From Octopus sinensis (lineage: Eukaryota), in the NCBI RefSeq assembly GCF_006345805.1, contig NC_042998.1, forward strand, positions 201,624,001-201,688,000: a stretch of 64,000 nucleotides of DNA, read 5' to 3'. Within the stretch, counting starts at the first letter, position 1. The number at the start of each line of letters is the position of its first letter. The notes under the pieces were generated by a model. The model searched no databases. It saw only the letters and a program-made list of their open reading frames with translations, and had not been told where the DNA came from. Made by a program: the position numbers and the translations under genes. Of this stretch, positions 16,381 through 29,254 are shown in pieces.

Positions 16381-17532
16381 AAACAAAACATTCGAAATAT
16401 CAATTTTATTATACATTTCAATTTTCCGCTCATGTTATATTCCTCACAGACTGAGCCAGAGTTGTTTTGAACCTGTAAAAGATGTACTGCTCTATGCGCT
16501 GGATATAGAAGAAAGTTAGTTGTATGTATATTGTTTGGCTGCTAATCCATAATTTTCACGATCTTGTGTTACACGGAACGTTTGTGATAAATTTGAGTTA
16601 CTAATTCGCAATATATTTGAATAGTTTCTTCTCACACTCGAAATTATTTTCAATTGTTTCTTTTTACCAAACAAAAACCAAATAAGAACAACCTGTTCGC
16701 CATAAAAAGGGAAACCCATTTTCCACCAGAAATCCTATCCTTCTAAACATTTTTAGTATAATCAAGAATTATACGCTAAAGTTATTTTACTTTCTATACA
16801 AAGACACGATATGTCAGTCATAAATAAGATATGGTTATATTATATAATATGCAATATCATCAGCAATGTTTTATTATTATATCAATATTTCAAAGCTGTC
16901 GACAACTTCCCTGAATGTATTTGTATAAAATTATATTATAACCTTAATTATTGACGAAATATTCTTCAGCGTATTTATTCTCACATTAATTTAATCTTGT
17001 GTTCGAAATCAATCCAAAATTATTATTTTCGTCGCTTTCGGCGTATCCTGTTCTATAATATTTTCTGTATTGTTAGAATTATTAAATAAAACATATGAAA
17101 TCTTATTTAATTTCATTTTTGTCCCATGTGGTTTTCTCGTTTTCTGTTTTCTGTAATTTTCAAATATTTTGACGCAATCTAAAACACTTCATATTCCTGC
17201 ATTGTAATCCGATGTGAATTTTTATTGGTTCGGAACATTTTATTTGTAAGAAATATTCAATTATTATATCTTTCATTCTGCATACGCTCTTTGTGACCTT
17301 TGGGCTTCTTAACGAAGAAAATTGAATTGAGGAAATATCATTCCAGCGAAATTTTCATCGTTTAACAAAACTTGTTTCCGTTCGATGATGACCTTGAAGG
17401 GTATGAATTTGCAATTGTTGGCTGCATACATTATCTAGATTTGTATTTTCATGATTTTTGAATGGAATAAGGAAGTTCGTACAATTAAGTGCTTATGGAT
17501 ATTTTAACAAAGAGAACAATATACATACATAC

Positions 17533-17593
<61 letters not shown>

Positions 17594-17861
17594 GTGTGTA
17601 TGTATGTATGTACATATATATATTATGCATATATGTATGTATATATATATATATATACACCACACACATATATATATGCATATATATATATGTATGTATG
17701 TGTGTGTGTATGTATGTATGTACATATATATGCATATATGTAGTTATATATATATATGTACACACACACACGCATATATATATATACATATATATATATG
17801 TATCTATATATATATATATATATATAGATATATATATATATACATACGTGCTTATATATAA

Positions 17862-18158
17862 GCGTGGCTTAGTGGTTAGGGTTGTGAGTTCGATTGCCGG
17901 CGACGCGTTGTGTCCTTGAGCAAGACACTTTATTTCCCGTTGCTCGAGTTCACTCAGCTGGCAAAAATGAATAGTACCTGTGTTTCAAAAAAGGGCCGGC
18001 CTTGTCACACTTTGTGTCGCGCTGAATCTCCCCGAGAACTACGTTAAAGGTAGACGTGTCCGTGGAACGCTCAGCCACTTGCACGTTAATTTCACGAGCA
18101 AGCTGTTCCGTTGATCGTATCAGCTAGGACCCTCGTCGTAGTAACCGACGGAGTCCTC
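17862..18158 (+). mobile_element. tRNA-derived SINE with CORE-like middle and family D tail
   Basis: Box A tggcttagtgg and box B gagttcgatt, then ttgtgtccttgagcaagacactttatttc. The tail aagggccggc...cgtaaccgacggagt is shared with 48858-49244. Confidence 0.85.
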
Positions 18159-18159
18159 C

Positions 18160-18237
<78 letters not shown>

Positions 18238-18259
18238 AGAGAGAGAGAGAGAGATACAT

Positions 18260-18292
<33 letters not shown>

Positions 18293-19149
18293 TGTGTGTA
18301 TCTTAGAGACCGAAAGAGAGGCTGAGACATACAGAGAGACAGACAGACAGACAGACAGACAGGCAAATAAAGATGTGTGTTGCAGGTAAACACGCAGTGT
18401 GCGACAGAGAGATGTAGGTAATATATGTCACATAAAATTACGAATATAATGGTTTCAATATGCACCGTACCTAATCTGACACCGTCACATATTTATACCT
18501 AGTTCGAAATGACAAAAGAACAAAGAGAACAGGAAATATTTTTAGGAAGAAAGTCATGATGTCTTAAAAACGATTTGCGAAAAAATATTTAAATAATGAA
18601 AATCCTATTTTATATTTTAATGCATATACAATGACACATCTTTAAATCTCGATAACTGTACCTGTACTCCATATTGATTCTTCTCTTAATTTGTTGTTGT
18701 AATATAATGGAATGGTTTTCGAGAACTACAATGAATATGTACGTGTGTATGTGCGTGAGCGGTCGCTTGTGTTTGCATGTGTGCAAATATATTTTACACA
18801 CGTGCATACATACGTACATGCTTGTATATATATATGTATGTTGTGCGTCTTGTGCGTACGTGCGTGGGCGTATGTGTGTTTGGGTGTGTGTGTGTAAAAC
18901 CTACTTTCGTGGCTAAGCTACCTGACCTGCAAGCTGGTTATATAATGCCCTCACACTAAATGAGCAACAGAATGCAGGGCGAAGAATATCAGGAGCGAGC
19001 GGCCAATGGCTGGGCTGAATATAAATCCGAACTCTAGCTTCGTACTTCGTGTTTATCTGTCAGTTACTAACTCAGAACATTTATGTAATACTACTTCCAT
19101 TCCCGCACCCATGTACACACGCATACACACCATTCACACACACAGAGAC

Positions 19150-19217
19150 ACACAAACACATATATCTGAATGTATTATATATATATAATATATATATATC
19201 ATATACAAATATATACG

Positions 19218-19270
<53 letters not shown>

Positions 19271-19282
19271 GTATGTGTGTAG

Positions 19283-19320
<38 letters not shown>

Positions 19321-19511
19321 CTATGCGTGTATGTATATCTATATCTATATATATATATATATATATGTACGTATGCGTGTATGTATTATATATCTATCTA
19401 TCTATCTCTCTCTCTATCTCTCTATCTCTCTCTCTCCTCTATATATATATATAGTGGTGTACGTATGTGTGTATGTATGTATGTATGTATGTATCTATCT
19501 ATCTATCTCTC

Positions 19512-19575
<64 letters not shown>

Positions 19576-19588
19576 CGTTGTGTGTATG

Positions 19589-19626
<38 letters not shown>

Positions 19627-19726
19627 CTATGCGTGTATGTATATATCTATATCTTCTATATATATATATATATATATGTACGTATGCGTGTATTATATAG
19701 CTATCTATCTATCTACTATCTCTCTC

Positions 19727-19765
<39 letters not shown>

Positions 19766-19786
19766 TATATATACTATATATATGTA

Positions 19787-19831
<45 letters not shown>

Positions 19832-19950
19832 ACGTATGTGTAATGTTATGTATTATGTATCTATCTATCTCTCTCTCTCTCTCTCTCTCTCTTATATATA
19901 TATATATATATATAGCTATATATATATATGTATGTACGTATGTGTGTATG
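19150..19950. repeat. Compound microsatellite with higher-order repetition (TA / gtacgtatg / CTAT / CT blocks)
   Basis: The block order (TA)n-gtacgtatgtgtg-(TA)n-ctatgcgtgtatg-(CTAT)-(CT)n recurs about three times. Confidence 0.85.
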
Positions 19951-20834
19951 CATCCTCTCGTTTTCAAAACCTATCTGTCGTCTCACATTACTCTTTAGTC
20001 TATGCCATTAATATTTTTCATCACCCTTGAGATTGTCGATGACATTATAATCTCTTACGTTCTCGCGCTGCGGGAATTAATCTACTGTTACTTTCCGCAA
20101 GGATTTTTTTTTCACCCCCAAGATAGCGGTTTATTAATTGAATATTTCTTCTATATTTTGCTTGCAGTAAATATATATAGACTACTAATATCGAATTTTA
20201 AGTGGTGTATCTAAATGCTGTCGTAACATTTCCAAAGTTTTATCGCATTAAAGGTGTAGTTTATTTTGGGGAACTTTGAATGTATTAATGTATATTTTTC
20301 TGATCTTAGCATAAATATCTGTCTTGAGTACCATACTAATGTGTCTGTAATATTCTTGTTTGATCTTCGCTTTCATTCACCTGAATTGTATTCAATCTTA
20401 TTTATTCCTATACTGATACGTATTTGTGGCTTTGACTTTCTTTGAATATATTTTGAAATAATTTTAAATGTCTTCCTAAGCTTTTCTTGTCCACTCTCTG
20501 AACTGCTTCCATTCCACACACAAACACAGACACACACACAACACACGGCCGTCCCATTCTTCTTCTTCCTCCTCCTCGTCTTCTTTTTTCTTCTTCTTTT
20601 CCATCTTTTACTTCTTTTCCTTCTCCCTTAATATTATTACGACACCGCACGCTACAACAACAACGACAACTACTACTACTACAACTACTACAACTACTAC
20701 TACTAATAATAATAATGATAATAATAATAATAATGATGATAATAATAATAATAATAATACAAGAAGAAGAAGAAGAAGAAGAAGAAGAAGAAGAAGAAGA
20801 AGAGAAGAAGAAGAAGAAGAAGAAGAAGAAGAAG

Positions 20835-21112
20835 AAATACAATACTCTTAAGTGTGAAATAGCCCGGCTATGGAAAATGGAAATGGTGAAGGTAGTGCTA
20901 ATTAATGTTGGGACTTTGAGAACAGTATCAGAAGGCATCAAGTGGAACATAAAAGAAATTGATATAAACTCCCATGTAGAAAAGTTACAAAATATTTCCC
21001 GCGTGGGAGATGGTGAGGAAAGTATTAGATCGCTGAAAATATGCATAGCAAGTCCGCTGCGCATGTAAGACTCCAGGAGCTCCAACAAGCCTGTAATAAA
21101 GAGAAATAAAAT
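20835..21112 (+). mobile_element. R4/Dong-type REL retrotransposon 3' fragment (divergent subfamily)
   Basis: KYNTLKCEIARLWKMEMVKVVLINVGTLRTV matches KYKDLEIEVTRMWNL...IIVGALG. Follows TAA/GAA repeats and ends in ataa repeats. Confidence 0.75.
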
Positions 21113-21118
21113 TATAAT

Positions 21119-21478
21119 AACAAGAGCACTCAGAGAGCGCAAACCTCCGCCAGAGCAACACCAACGTCTTCTCAACGATTAGCCAGAGATGATTTTTAAA
21201 ATGAAAGTATCTGAAATAAACTCGACTGCTCTCACGAACGAGAATATTAAAAATGAATCCGACCGTTCCACAAAAATTTAAAAAAATAAAAAGAATCCAT
21301 AATCCTTGTCCGGAACCGGATCGATGCCAAAATCTAAACGGTTCGTTCCATTTATGAGCACAAACATCTCTGAAAATTTCATCCGAATCCATTCAGAGTT
21401 TCTTAAGTTATCTTATCCGCGGACAAACAAACAAACTCGACTGTAAACAATATCTCCGCCTTCGCTGAGGTGGATGTC
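21119..21478 (-). mobile_element. Helentron-associated (HINE/DINE-like) non-autonomous element
   Basis: Terminal hairpin GCGCTC-TCT-GAGTGC next to subterminal ggcggaggt (21127-21151). The other end has hairpin TCCGCCT-TCGCTG-AGGTGGA (about 21454-21474), duplicated at about 21915-21990. Confidence 0.55.
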
Positions 21479-21479
21479 A

Positions 21480-22350
<871 letters not shown>

Positions 22351-22357
22351 AAAACAA

Positions 22358-23267
22358 ATGAAATCCAAACTAAAAATAGAACAGCAACGAACCATGATAA
22401 AACGATGGCAAGAAAAGCCCCTTCATGGTAAATACTGGACTAAACTAAACGCAAAACAAATAGACAAAGAAAAATCCCAGCAATGGATGAGAAGCTCAGG
22501 ACTCAAAGCAGAAACAGAGGGATTTTTAATTGCAGCACAAGACCAAAGCCTCCCCACCAGAAATTACCAAAAACATGTAATGAAAAGAAATATTACAAGT
22601 AACTGCAGAATATGTGGAGATGGACAAGAAACAATAAATCATATTATCTCTAGCTGCCCAGTCCTGGCTAAGAAGGAATATATTCACAGACATGACAGAG
22701 TTGGAACCTACATATATTGGAAGCTATGCCAACATTATGGAATAACAACAGAAAAAAGATGATATAGGCACACACCAGAAAAGGTCACAGAAAACGAGAA
22801 AGCAACCATACTCTGGGATATGCCGATAGACACAGATAGAGAAATTAAGGCCAACAGACCAGATATAGTTGTCAGAGACCATGAAGTAAAAATATGCTTT
22901 CTAATTGATGTATCAATACCGGCAGATGACAACGTGTCTCTAAAAGAAATAGAGAAACTCTCAAAATACAAAGACCTGGAAATAGAGGTAACTAGAATGT
23001 GGAATCTGAAAACAGAAACAATTCCTATCATAGTAGGTGCATTAGGCATGATAAAAAAATATTCAGACAAATGCATAACAAAAACACCAGGACTTACAAA
23101 CACATATAACATACAGAAAATTGCACTACTAGGCACTACACACATCCTACGCACAACACTTTCCATACAATAACCATCACAGCATCACAACAAATCACAA
23201 CACATACCCAAGGCACACAGAGCTGCGCTCGGTAGTGAAGTGAAAGCACGCTATAAAAATAAAACTA

Positions 23268-23270
<3 letters not shown>
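22358..23270 (+). mobile_element. R4/Dong-type REL retrotransposon, 5'-truncated: CCHC zinc knuckle, REL endonuclease and 3' UTR
   Basis: CRICGDGQETINHIISSC (CX2CX8HX4C), RHD, RPDIVV...LIDVSIP, KLSKYKDL. One in-frame TGA at 22760-22762 separates the two same-frame ORFs. (TAA)n on both sides. Confidence 0.95.
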
Positions 23271-23359
<89 letters not shown>

Positions 23360-23394
23360 TGATAATAATAATAATAATACTAATAATAACAACA

Positions 23395-23880
23395 ACAAAA
23401 CCAACATATTCCGGAAAAGTTAGTTGACGAAAAGGGGACTCTGACTTTGACTTCCAGACAGACAAGGTATTAGGGCACCGAAGGCCGGATATAGTAAGAT
23501 TTACGATGGACAAAAAAGAGTGCCTAATAATTGACGTGGAGATCAACATATCATCATGAAAGAAAGAGAAAAGGTTGAGAAATATGGAGACCTGAGGATT
23601 GAGATCGCCAAGATGTGGCAGCTATGAGTGTCAAACATAAAGTTTATCCGTATTGTCATAGAAGCATTGGGTTCAATATCACCCAAAATGAAAAAAAAAG
23701 CACCTGCAAACATTAGAAATATCCTACAATTTAGATGTATTGCAAACGTCGGCAATATTTGGAGCTGCACGCATATCGCGTAAAAAACTGTTCTGAGATC
23801 CTTGTTTTTATTTGACAAACAGTGCAATACCCCACCTGACACATTATCTTCAATCAACGACCTCGCGATATTGTATACAG
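23395..23880 (+). mobile_element. R4/Dong-type REL fragment (decayed, another subfamily)
   Basis: DFQTDKVLGHRRPDIV...KECLIIDV...EKYGDLRIEIAKMWQL; flanked by TAA. Confidence 0.8.
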
Positions 23881-23910
23881 TATAATAATAATAATATTAA
23901 TAATAAGTAC

Positions 23911-24420
23911 ATACATACCGAACCATCAAGGCCAATAAACCAGATATTGTTGTGAAAGACCAAAACAATAAAGTTTGCTTATTGATCGACATGAGCATCA
24001 CCTGTGATCATAATATCTCAGCGAAAGAGTTTGACAAGCTCAGAAAATATAAAGACCTACTCATTGAAATTGAGAAAATGTGGCATCTCAAGGCGGTTAC
24101 AATACCAGTGATCGTAGGAGCAATAGGAATGATCAAGAAGGGAACCGAAAATTATATGAGAATGATCCCTGGCTTACCATCCCTGCAAGACGTGCAAAAG
24201 ATTGTCTTAACTGGTACATCACACGTATTGAGAAGAGCATTGTCGATGTGAGAACTGTTGCTGCTCATGCATTTTAATTTAACTTTAAAAAAAAGAAATA
24301 AACGAACTATTGAGTTTGGTTTAATGGCCTACCAATGTATACTATGAGTTTCTTTGCCCTAGGAGTCGGGAAGACATTCGGCAAGAAATGGAAGCAAATT
24401 TGAAAGAAGAAAAAAAAGTA
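23911..24420 (+). mobile_element. R4/Dong-type REL fragment plus 3' UTR
   Basis: PDIVVKDQNNKVCLLIDMSITCDHNISAKEFDKLRKYKDLLIEIEKMW...VLRRALSM*; followed by (TAA)n. Confidence 0.92.
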
Positions 24421-24465
24421 ATAGCAATAATAATAATAATAATAATAACAATCGTAATAATAATC

Positions 24466-24520
<55 letters not shown>

Positions 24521-24605
24521 TGATGATACAATGCTAAATCTATTGTTCAAAGGCACACGTATTTCCAACTTCTCTCTCCCTTTCTTCCTCCCTTTCTTCC
24601 TCCCT

Positions 24606-24636
<31 letters not shown>

Positions 24637-25098
24637 CTCTTCTCTCCCTCTATCACTTTCTTCACAACGTTTAAAATTACTTGTTCACATCGTAAAATTC
24701 TGTAGCCGCCATCACACTTTCACAGACCAATGCAAACTATCTTTTTCGTTATGTTCAGATTAACTTGAAACGCTTGTATTTCCTCGCACAAAGCTTAATT
24801 TACTAAAATTTATACGTTTCTTCATTAATAATCATATGAAAATTAGTTATTTGAAACACCCCCGACTGCTACAATGCTGAAACTATTATGGAAAGCACAT
24901 GCATTTCTTCTCTCCCACTCGCTCTCTCCCTCTCCCTTTGTCTTCCTCTCTCTCTTTCTCTTCATCTCTCTCTGTCTTTCTTTGTCCCTCTGTCTCCTTA
25001 CCACCAATCTATATGCCTTTCTGTCTCTATGTTTTTCCCCTCTATCAATTTCTTCACTACGTTTGAAGATTATTTAATGACAGTAATTTTCTTCGGAG

Positions 25099-26342
25099 CT
25101 AGTTTTTTTCATTCGCAATATATGCATTTTTGAAAGCAAGTAAAACATTTGAAAATCGGATATAATCATGTAGCCTTCCAGTCTAATTGCTTTGAAGGTA
25201 TAATGTTATGGATGAAAAAAAAATTGGAGAAAAAGTTCCAGAGGTTTAAATATTGAAAGAACTGGGTATTTTTAACCAATAGCGAAACAATTTTTCTGCG
25301 TTTAACCGAGCGGTGTCAACTTTAATGTTGTACCCTGGGAATTTTCTAATATCTAATATCTGATAAAATATCTAATAGAATCAACACGCATCATCTTACT
25401 GTTACTTTTGTCTCTTCATTGGTTGTACTTTTTTATCATTAAAAAAAAAAATATTCTATTAATATATTTGTTTGTTTGTGTTCACTTTATGCGTATTTCA
25501 GTATTATGCATACATGTCATGTATTTGTGTACACCATTAATATATAAGTACATGTGTGTGTGAAATAAGAGCGTCTGTCTCCAAAACTCCAAAAGTAGTA
25601 TCCAAAGCTCCAAAACACTGTATCCAAAACTCCAAAAGTTGAGTAACGTTTTCATGCTTGGATTTGTAAACTACGATAGGAATAATACTGATCAACAAAG
25701 AATTTGTCCCAGGGAAAGAATACCTGTGTCTTGTATGTTTTTGCATGCAGAATTCAAACGTAATGTCATATTATCTGCATCACTCGCAGTTTCTCTGTCC
25801 CACGATATCCCTACCCCTAGTTTAAATTTTTATGAACAGAATTAACTTAGTGAAACATGAATCCAGCTATCTGCGTCAACGAGTCCCCCCAAATATATCA
25901 TATGAAAACTGTAAAAAATAACTAACACACAGAAAAAAGCACAGAAAAATATTAAAACACGGAAGCCCAGAAAAGTATATAATATACTAATACACAGAAT
26001 TAAGACAAAACACGCGGGTGAAAAGAATCTCATGATGTTAAGCATCAAGTGTGAAAAAACAACATAAACAGCAGCAGCACAGACAACAGTGAACCACAAC
26101 ACAACATGCAGTTGCCATGGGAACGAGCTGTTAATGCGACGCTGTCTGTTGATTGGCTAAGATTACTCTTGATTACTCTTATTTCCGAAGTTTAATTTTA
26201 AATAGCATCGGATTCCTTAATTTACGCGATAAAGTAATTGGTTGATTGTAATCAAAATTTTAGAGTGGCATCGATACATCAGAACTTAAAGGAATCTGAC
26301 CAAAAATTAAGTGGGTCTCATTTTGCGAGTGAGAAAGACTAG
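25099..26342. mobile_element. Putative non-autonomous DNA transposon interrupting the tandem array
   Basis: Imperfect inverted ends: ctagtttttttcattcgcaatat (25099-25121) versus the reverse complement of 26320-26342, 19/23 identical by eye. Short internal tandem repeats at 25580-25640. The array resumes right after it. Confidence 0.5.
26111..26158. promoter_or_regulatory. RFX X-box-like motif plus inverted CCAAT box
   Basis: GTTGCCATGGGAAC at 26111-26124 fits the GTTNCCATGGNAAC consensus; GATTGGCT at 26151-26158. Motif match only. Confidence 0.3.
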
Positions 26343-26594
26343 AAACGTTTCTTCAGCCGAAATCACACTTTCAAAGAACAAGTCAAATACTAATGTAGCT
26401 TTTTTTCGTTTGATCAAAATTAACTTAAAATGTTTCTCCTTCCTTGTTTAAATTCCTAAATTGTGCACGTTTATTCATTCATAAACATATGAAAATTAAC
26501 TATTTCAAACACCCTATCTTCTAACTTCTACAATGCTCAACCAGTTGTTGAAAGCACTTGTATTTCCACACTCTCTCTCTCTCTCTCTCTCTCA

Positions 26595-26654
<60 letters not shown>

Positions 26655-26805
26655 AATCTATCTATCTATCTATCTATATCTTTCTCTCTCCCCATCTGTC
26701 TGTTTACCACCACTCTCTATATGCCACTGTCCCTCATTCTCTTCCTCTCTCTACCCCTCTCTCCCTCTCTTTCCCTTTCTCTACAACGTTTAAGGATTAC
26801 TCGTT

Positions 26806-27036
26806 CTGTGGCGAGCTGGCAGAAACGTTAGCACGTCGGACGAATTGCGTAGCCGTATTTCCTCTGCCGTTACGTTCTGAGTTCAAATTCGCCGAGGTCG
26901 ACTTTGCCTTTCAGCCTTTCGGGGTCGATAAATTAAGTACCAGTTACGCACTGGGGTCGATGTAATCAACTTAATCCCTTTGTCTGTCCTTGTTTGCCCC
27001 CTCTGTGTTTAGCCCCTTGTGGGTAGTAAAGAAATA
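26806..27036 (+). mobile_element. SINE family B, full length, with 11-bp target-site duplication
   Basis: Box B gagttcaaattc. The duplication gattactcgtt at 26795-26805 and 27037-27047 splits an array unit. Confidence 0.93.
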
Positions 27037-27653
27037 GATTACTCGTTGACATCATAAAATTCTGTAGCCGAAGTCACACTTTCACAGACCAATACAAAGA
27101 GCAAGTTAGTTTTTCGTTTGGTTCAGATTCACGTAACACGTTTCTCCTCCTTCCTTGCCGAAAGCTTAAATTCCTAAAACTTACACTTTTATTCATTCAT
27201 AATCATCTGAAAATTAGCTATCTGAAACACACTGATTACAAAACGCTGAACCTATTGTTGAACTCACTTGTATTTCCCCCTCTCTCTATATCTCTATTTT
27301 TACCTCCACCCCTCTACGTCTTTTTGTCTCTCTCCTTCCGCCTATCACTTCACTACTTTTGAAGATCACTTGTTCATATTGTAAAATTCCGAAGCCGAAG
27401 CCATACTTTCACAGACCAATTCAGGCAGCAAGCTAGGATTTTTTCGTTAGATTCAGAATAACTTCAAATGCTTCTCCTTCCTTGCTTAAAGATCAAATTC
27501 CTAAACTTTACACATCTATTCATTCATTGTCATATGAAAGTCAGCTATTTGAAACACCCTGACTCCTACAATGCTAGATCTATTCTTGAACGCACATATA
27601 TTTCCTCTCTCTTTCTCTCTGTCTTTCTCTCCCCCCTCTCTCTCTCTTATTAC

Positions 27654-27882
27654 CTATTTCTTTATTACCCACAAGAGGCTAAACACAGAGAGGACAAACA
27701 AGGACATACTTAGGTATTAAGTCGATTACATCGACCTCAGTGCGTAACTGGTACTTAATTAATCGATCCCGAAAGGATGAAAGGAAAAGTCGACCTCGGC
27801 GGAATTTGAACTCAGAACGTAACGGCAGAGGAAATACGGCTACGCAATTCGTCCGACGTGCTAACGTTTCTGCCAGCTCGCC
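27654..27882 (-). mobile_element. SINE family B, full length
   Basis: Reverse complement of 26806-27036. Confidence 0.93.
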
Positions 27883-28909
27883 TACTACCACTATTCTATG
27901 TCTTTCTTTCTCCCTCTATCACTTTCTTCAATACTTTTCAAGATTACTTGTTGACATCGTAACATTCTACAGCCGAAATCACACTTTCACAGAACATTTC
28001 AAACAGTAAGGTAGACTTTTCGTTAGACTCAGATTAACTCCTTCCTTGCTTGAGGCTTAAATTCCTAAAAATTACACATCCTACCCATTCATAGTCATAT
28101 GAAAGTCAGCTATTGGAAACAACCTGACTTCTACAATGCTAAAATTATTGTTCAAAGCACATTTATTTCCTCTCTCTTTCTCACACATACACATACACAC
28201 ACATAAACACAAACACTTTCTCTGTCTCTCTGTATTTTTACTCCCAATCTCTCTATGTCTTTCTCACCCTCCCTCTCTCTTCATCTATCACCTTCTTCAC
28301 TACTTTTGAAGATTACTTGTTGATATCGTAAAAATACTGCGGCCGAAATCACCCTTCGACAGACCAATTCAAGCAGTAAACTAGTTTTTTTTTTAGATTC
28401 AGATTAACTTAAAACGCCCCTCTTTCCTTGCCTAAAGCTCAAATTCCTAAAGATTACAATCCATAGTGATATAGGTATTTGAAACACCCTGACTGCTACA
28501 ATGCTGAACTATATTGGAAAGCACATTTATTTCCTCTCTCTCTTCCCCCCTCTCTCTCTCGCTTTCTCTGTCCCTCTGTCTTTTTACTAGCACTCTCTCT
28601 CTATGTCTTTCTGTCTCTCTTTCTCTCACAATCACTTTCATCACTACCTTTGGAGACTACTTATTGACATAGTAATATATTTCGGCCGAAGTCACACTTT
28701 CTCAGACAAGTTCAAACAGTAAGCTACTATTTTCGTTAGATTCAGATAAACTTAAAACGCTTTTCCTTCCTTAAAGCTGAAATTCCTAAAATTTACACTT
28801 TTATTCATTCATTCATAGTCATTTGAAATTTAGATACTTGAAACAATCTGATTGTTACAATGCTGAATTTCCTGCCCCCCCCCCCCCATTAATGTGGAAG
28901 TTACTATCA

Positions 28910-29251
28910 GGAGGCGCATGGCTCAGTGGTTAGAGCGTCGAGCTTACGATCGTGAGGTTGTGAGCTCGAATCCCGGACCGGATTGCGTGTTGTGTTCTTG
29001 AGCAAGGCCCTTTATTTCACGTTGCTCCACTTCACTCAGCTGTAGAAATGAGTTGCGACGTCACTGGTGCCAAGCTGTATCAACCTTTGTCTTTCCCTTG
29101 GATAACACTGGTGGCGTGGAGATGGGAACCGTTATGCATGGGCGATTGCTGGTCTTCCATAAACAACCTTGCCCAGACTTGTGTCTAGGAGGGTAACTTT
29201 CTAGGTGCAATCCCATGGTCATTCATGACCGAAGGGGGTCTTTACCCTTTT
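28910..29251 (+). mobile_element. tRNA-derived SINE with CORE-like middle and a distinct tail
   Basis: Box A tggctcagtgg and box-B-like gagctcgaatcc. ttgtgttcttgagcaaggccctttatttcacgttgctc..cttcactcagctg is shared with 17862-18158; the tail is different. Confidence 0.85.
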
Positions 29252-29254
29252 ACT

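Larger units (their letters stand above)
24530..28870 (+). repeat. Diverged tandem array, about 7 units (about 230-bp core plus CT-rich spacer), interrupted by insertions
   Basis: The core aagattacttgttgacatcgtaaaattc.g.agccgaa.tcacactttcacagaccaa...ttcagattaac...aattccta...catatgaaa.t.agctatttgaaacacc.tgac...tacaatgct recurs at about 24670, 26350, 27037, 27361, 27940, 28310 and 28655. Confidence 0.9.

Noticed and set aside
18995-19030. CCAAT plus TATA-like promoter
   Set aside because: The spacing of about 12 bp is atypical, such motifs are frequent in AT-rich DNA, and there is no downstream gene.
24530-28870. CRISPR-like array or retrozyme array
   Set aside because: The units are hundreds of bp and diverged, the context is eukaryotic with no cas genes, and I found no CUGANGA/GAAA hammerhead core on either strand of the unit.
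28910-28985. tRNA gene (also 48858-48930, 31380-31440 and 46986-47050)
   Set aside because: Box A/B are present but the acceptor and anticodon stems do not close, and each continues into a SINE body.
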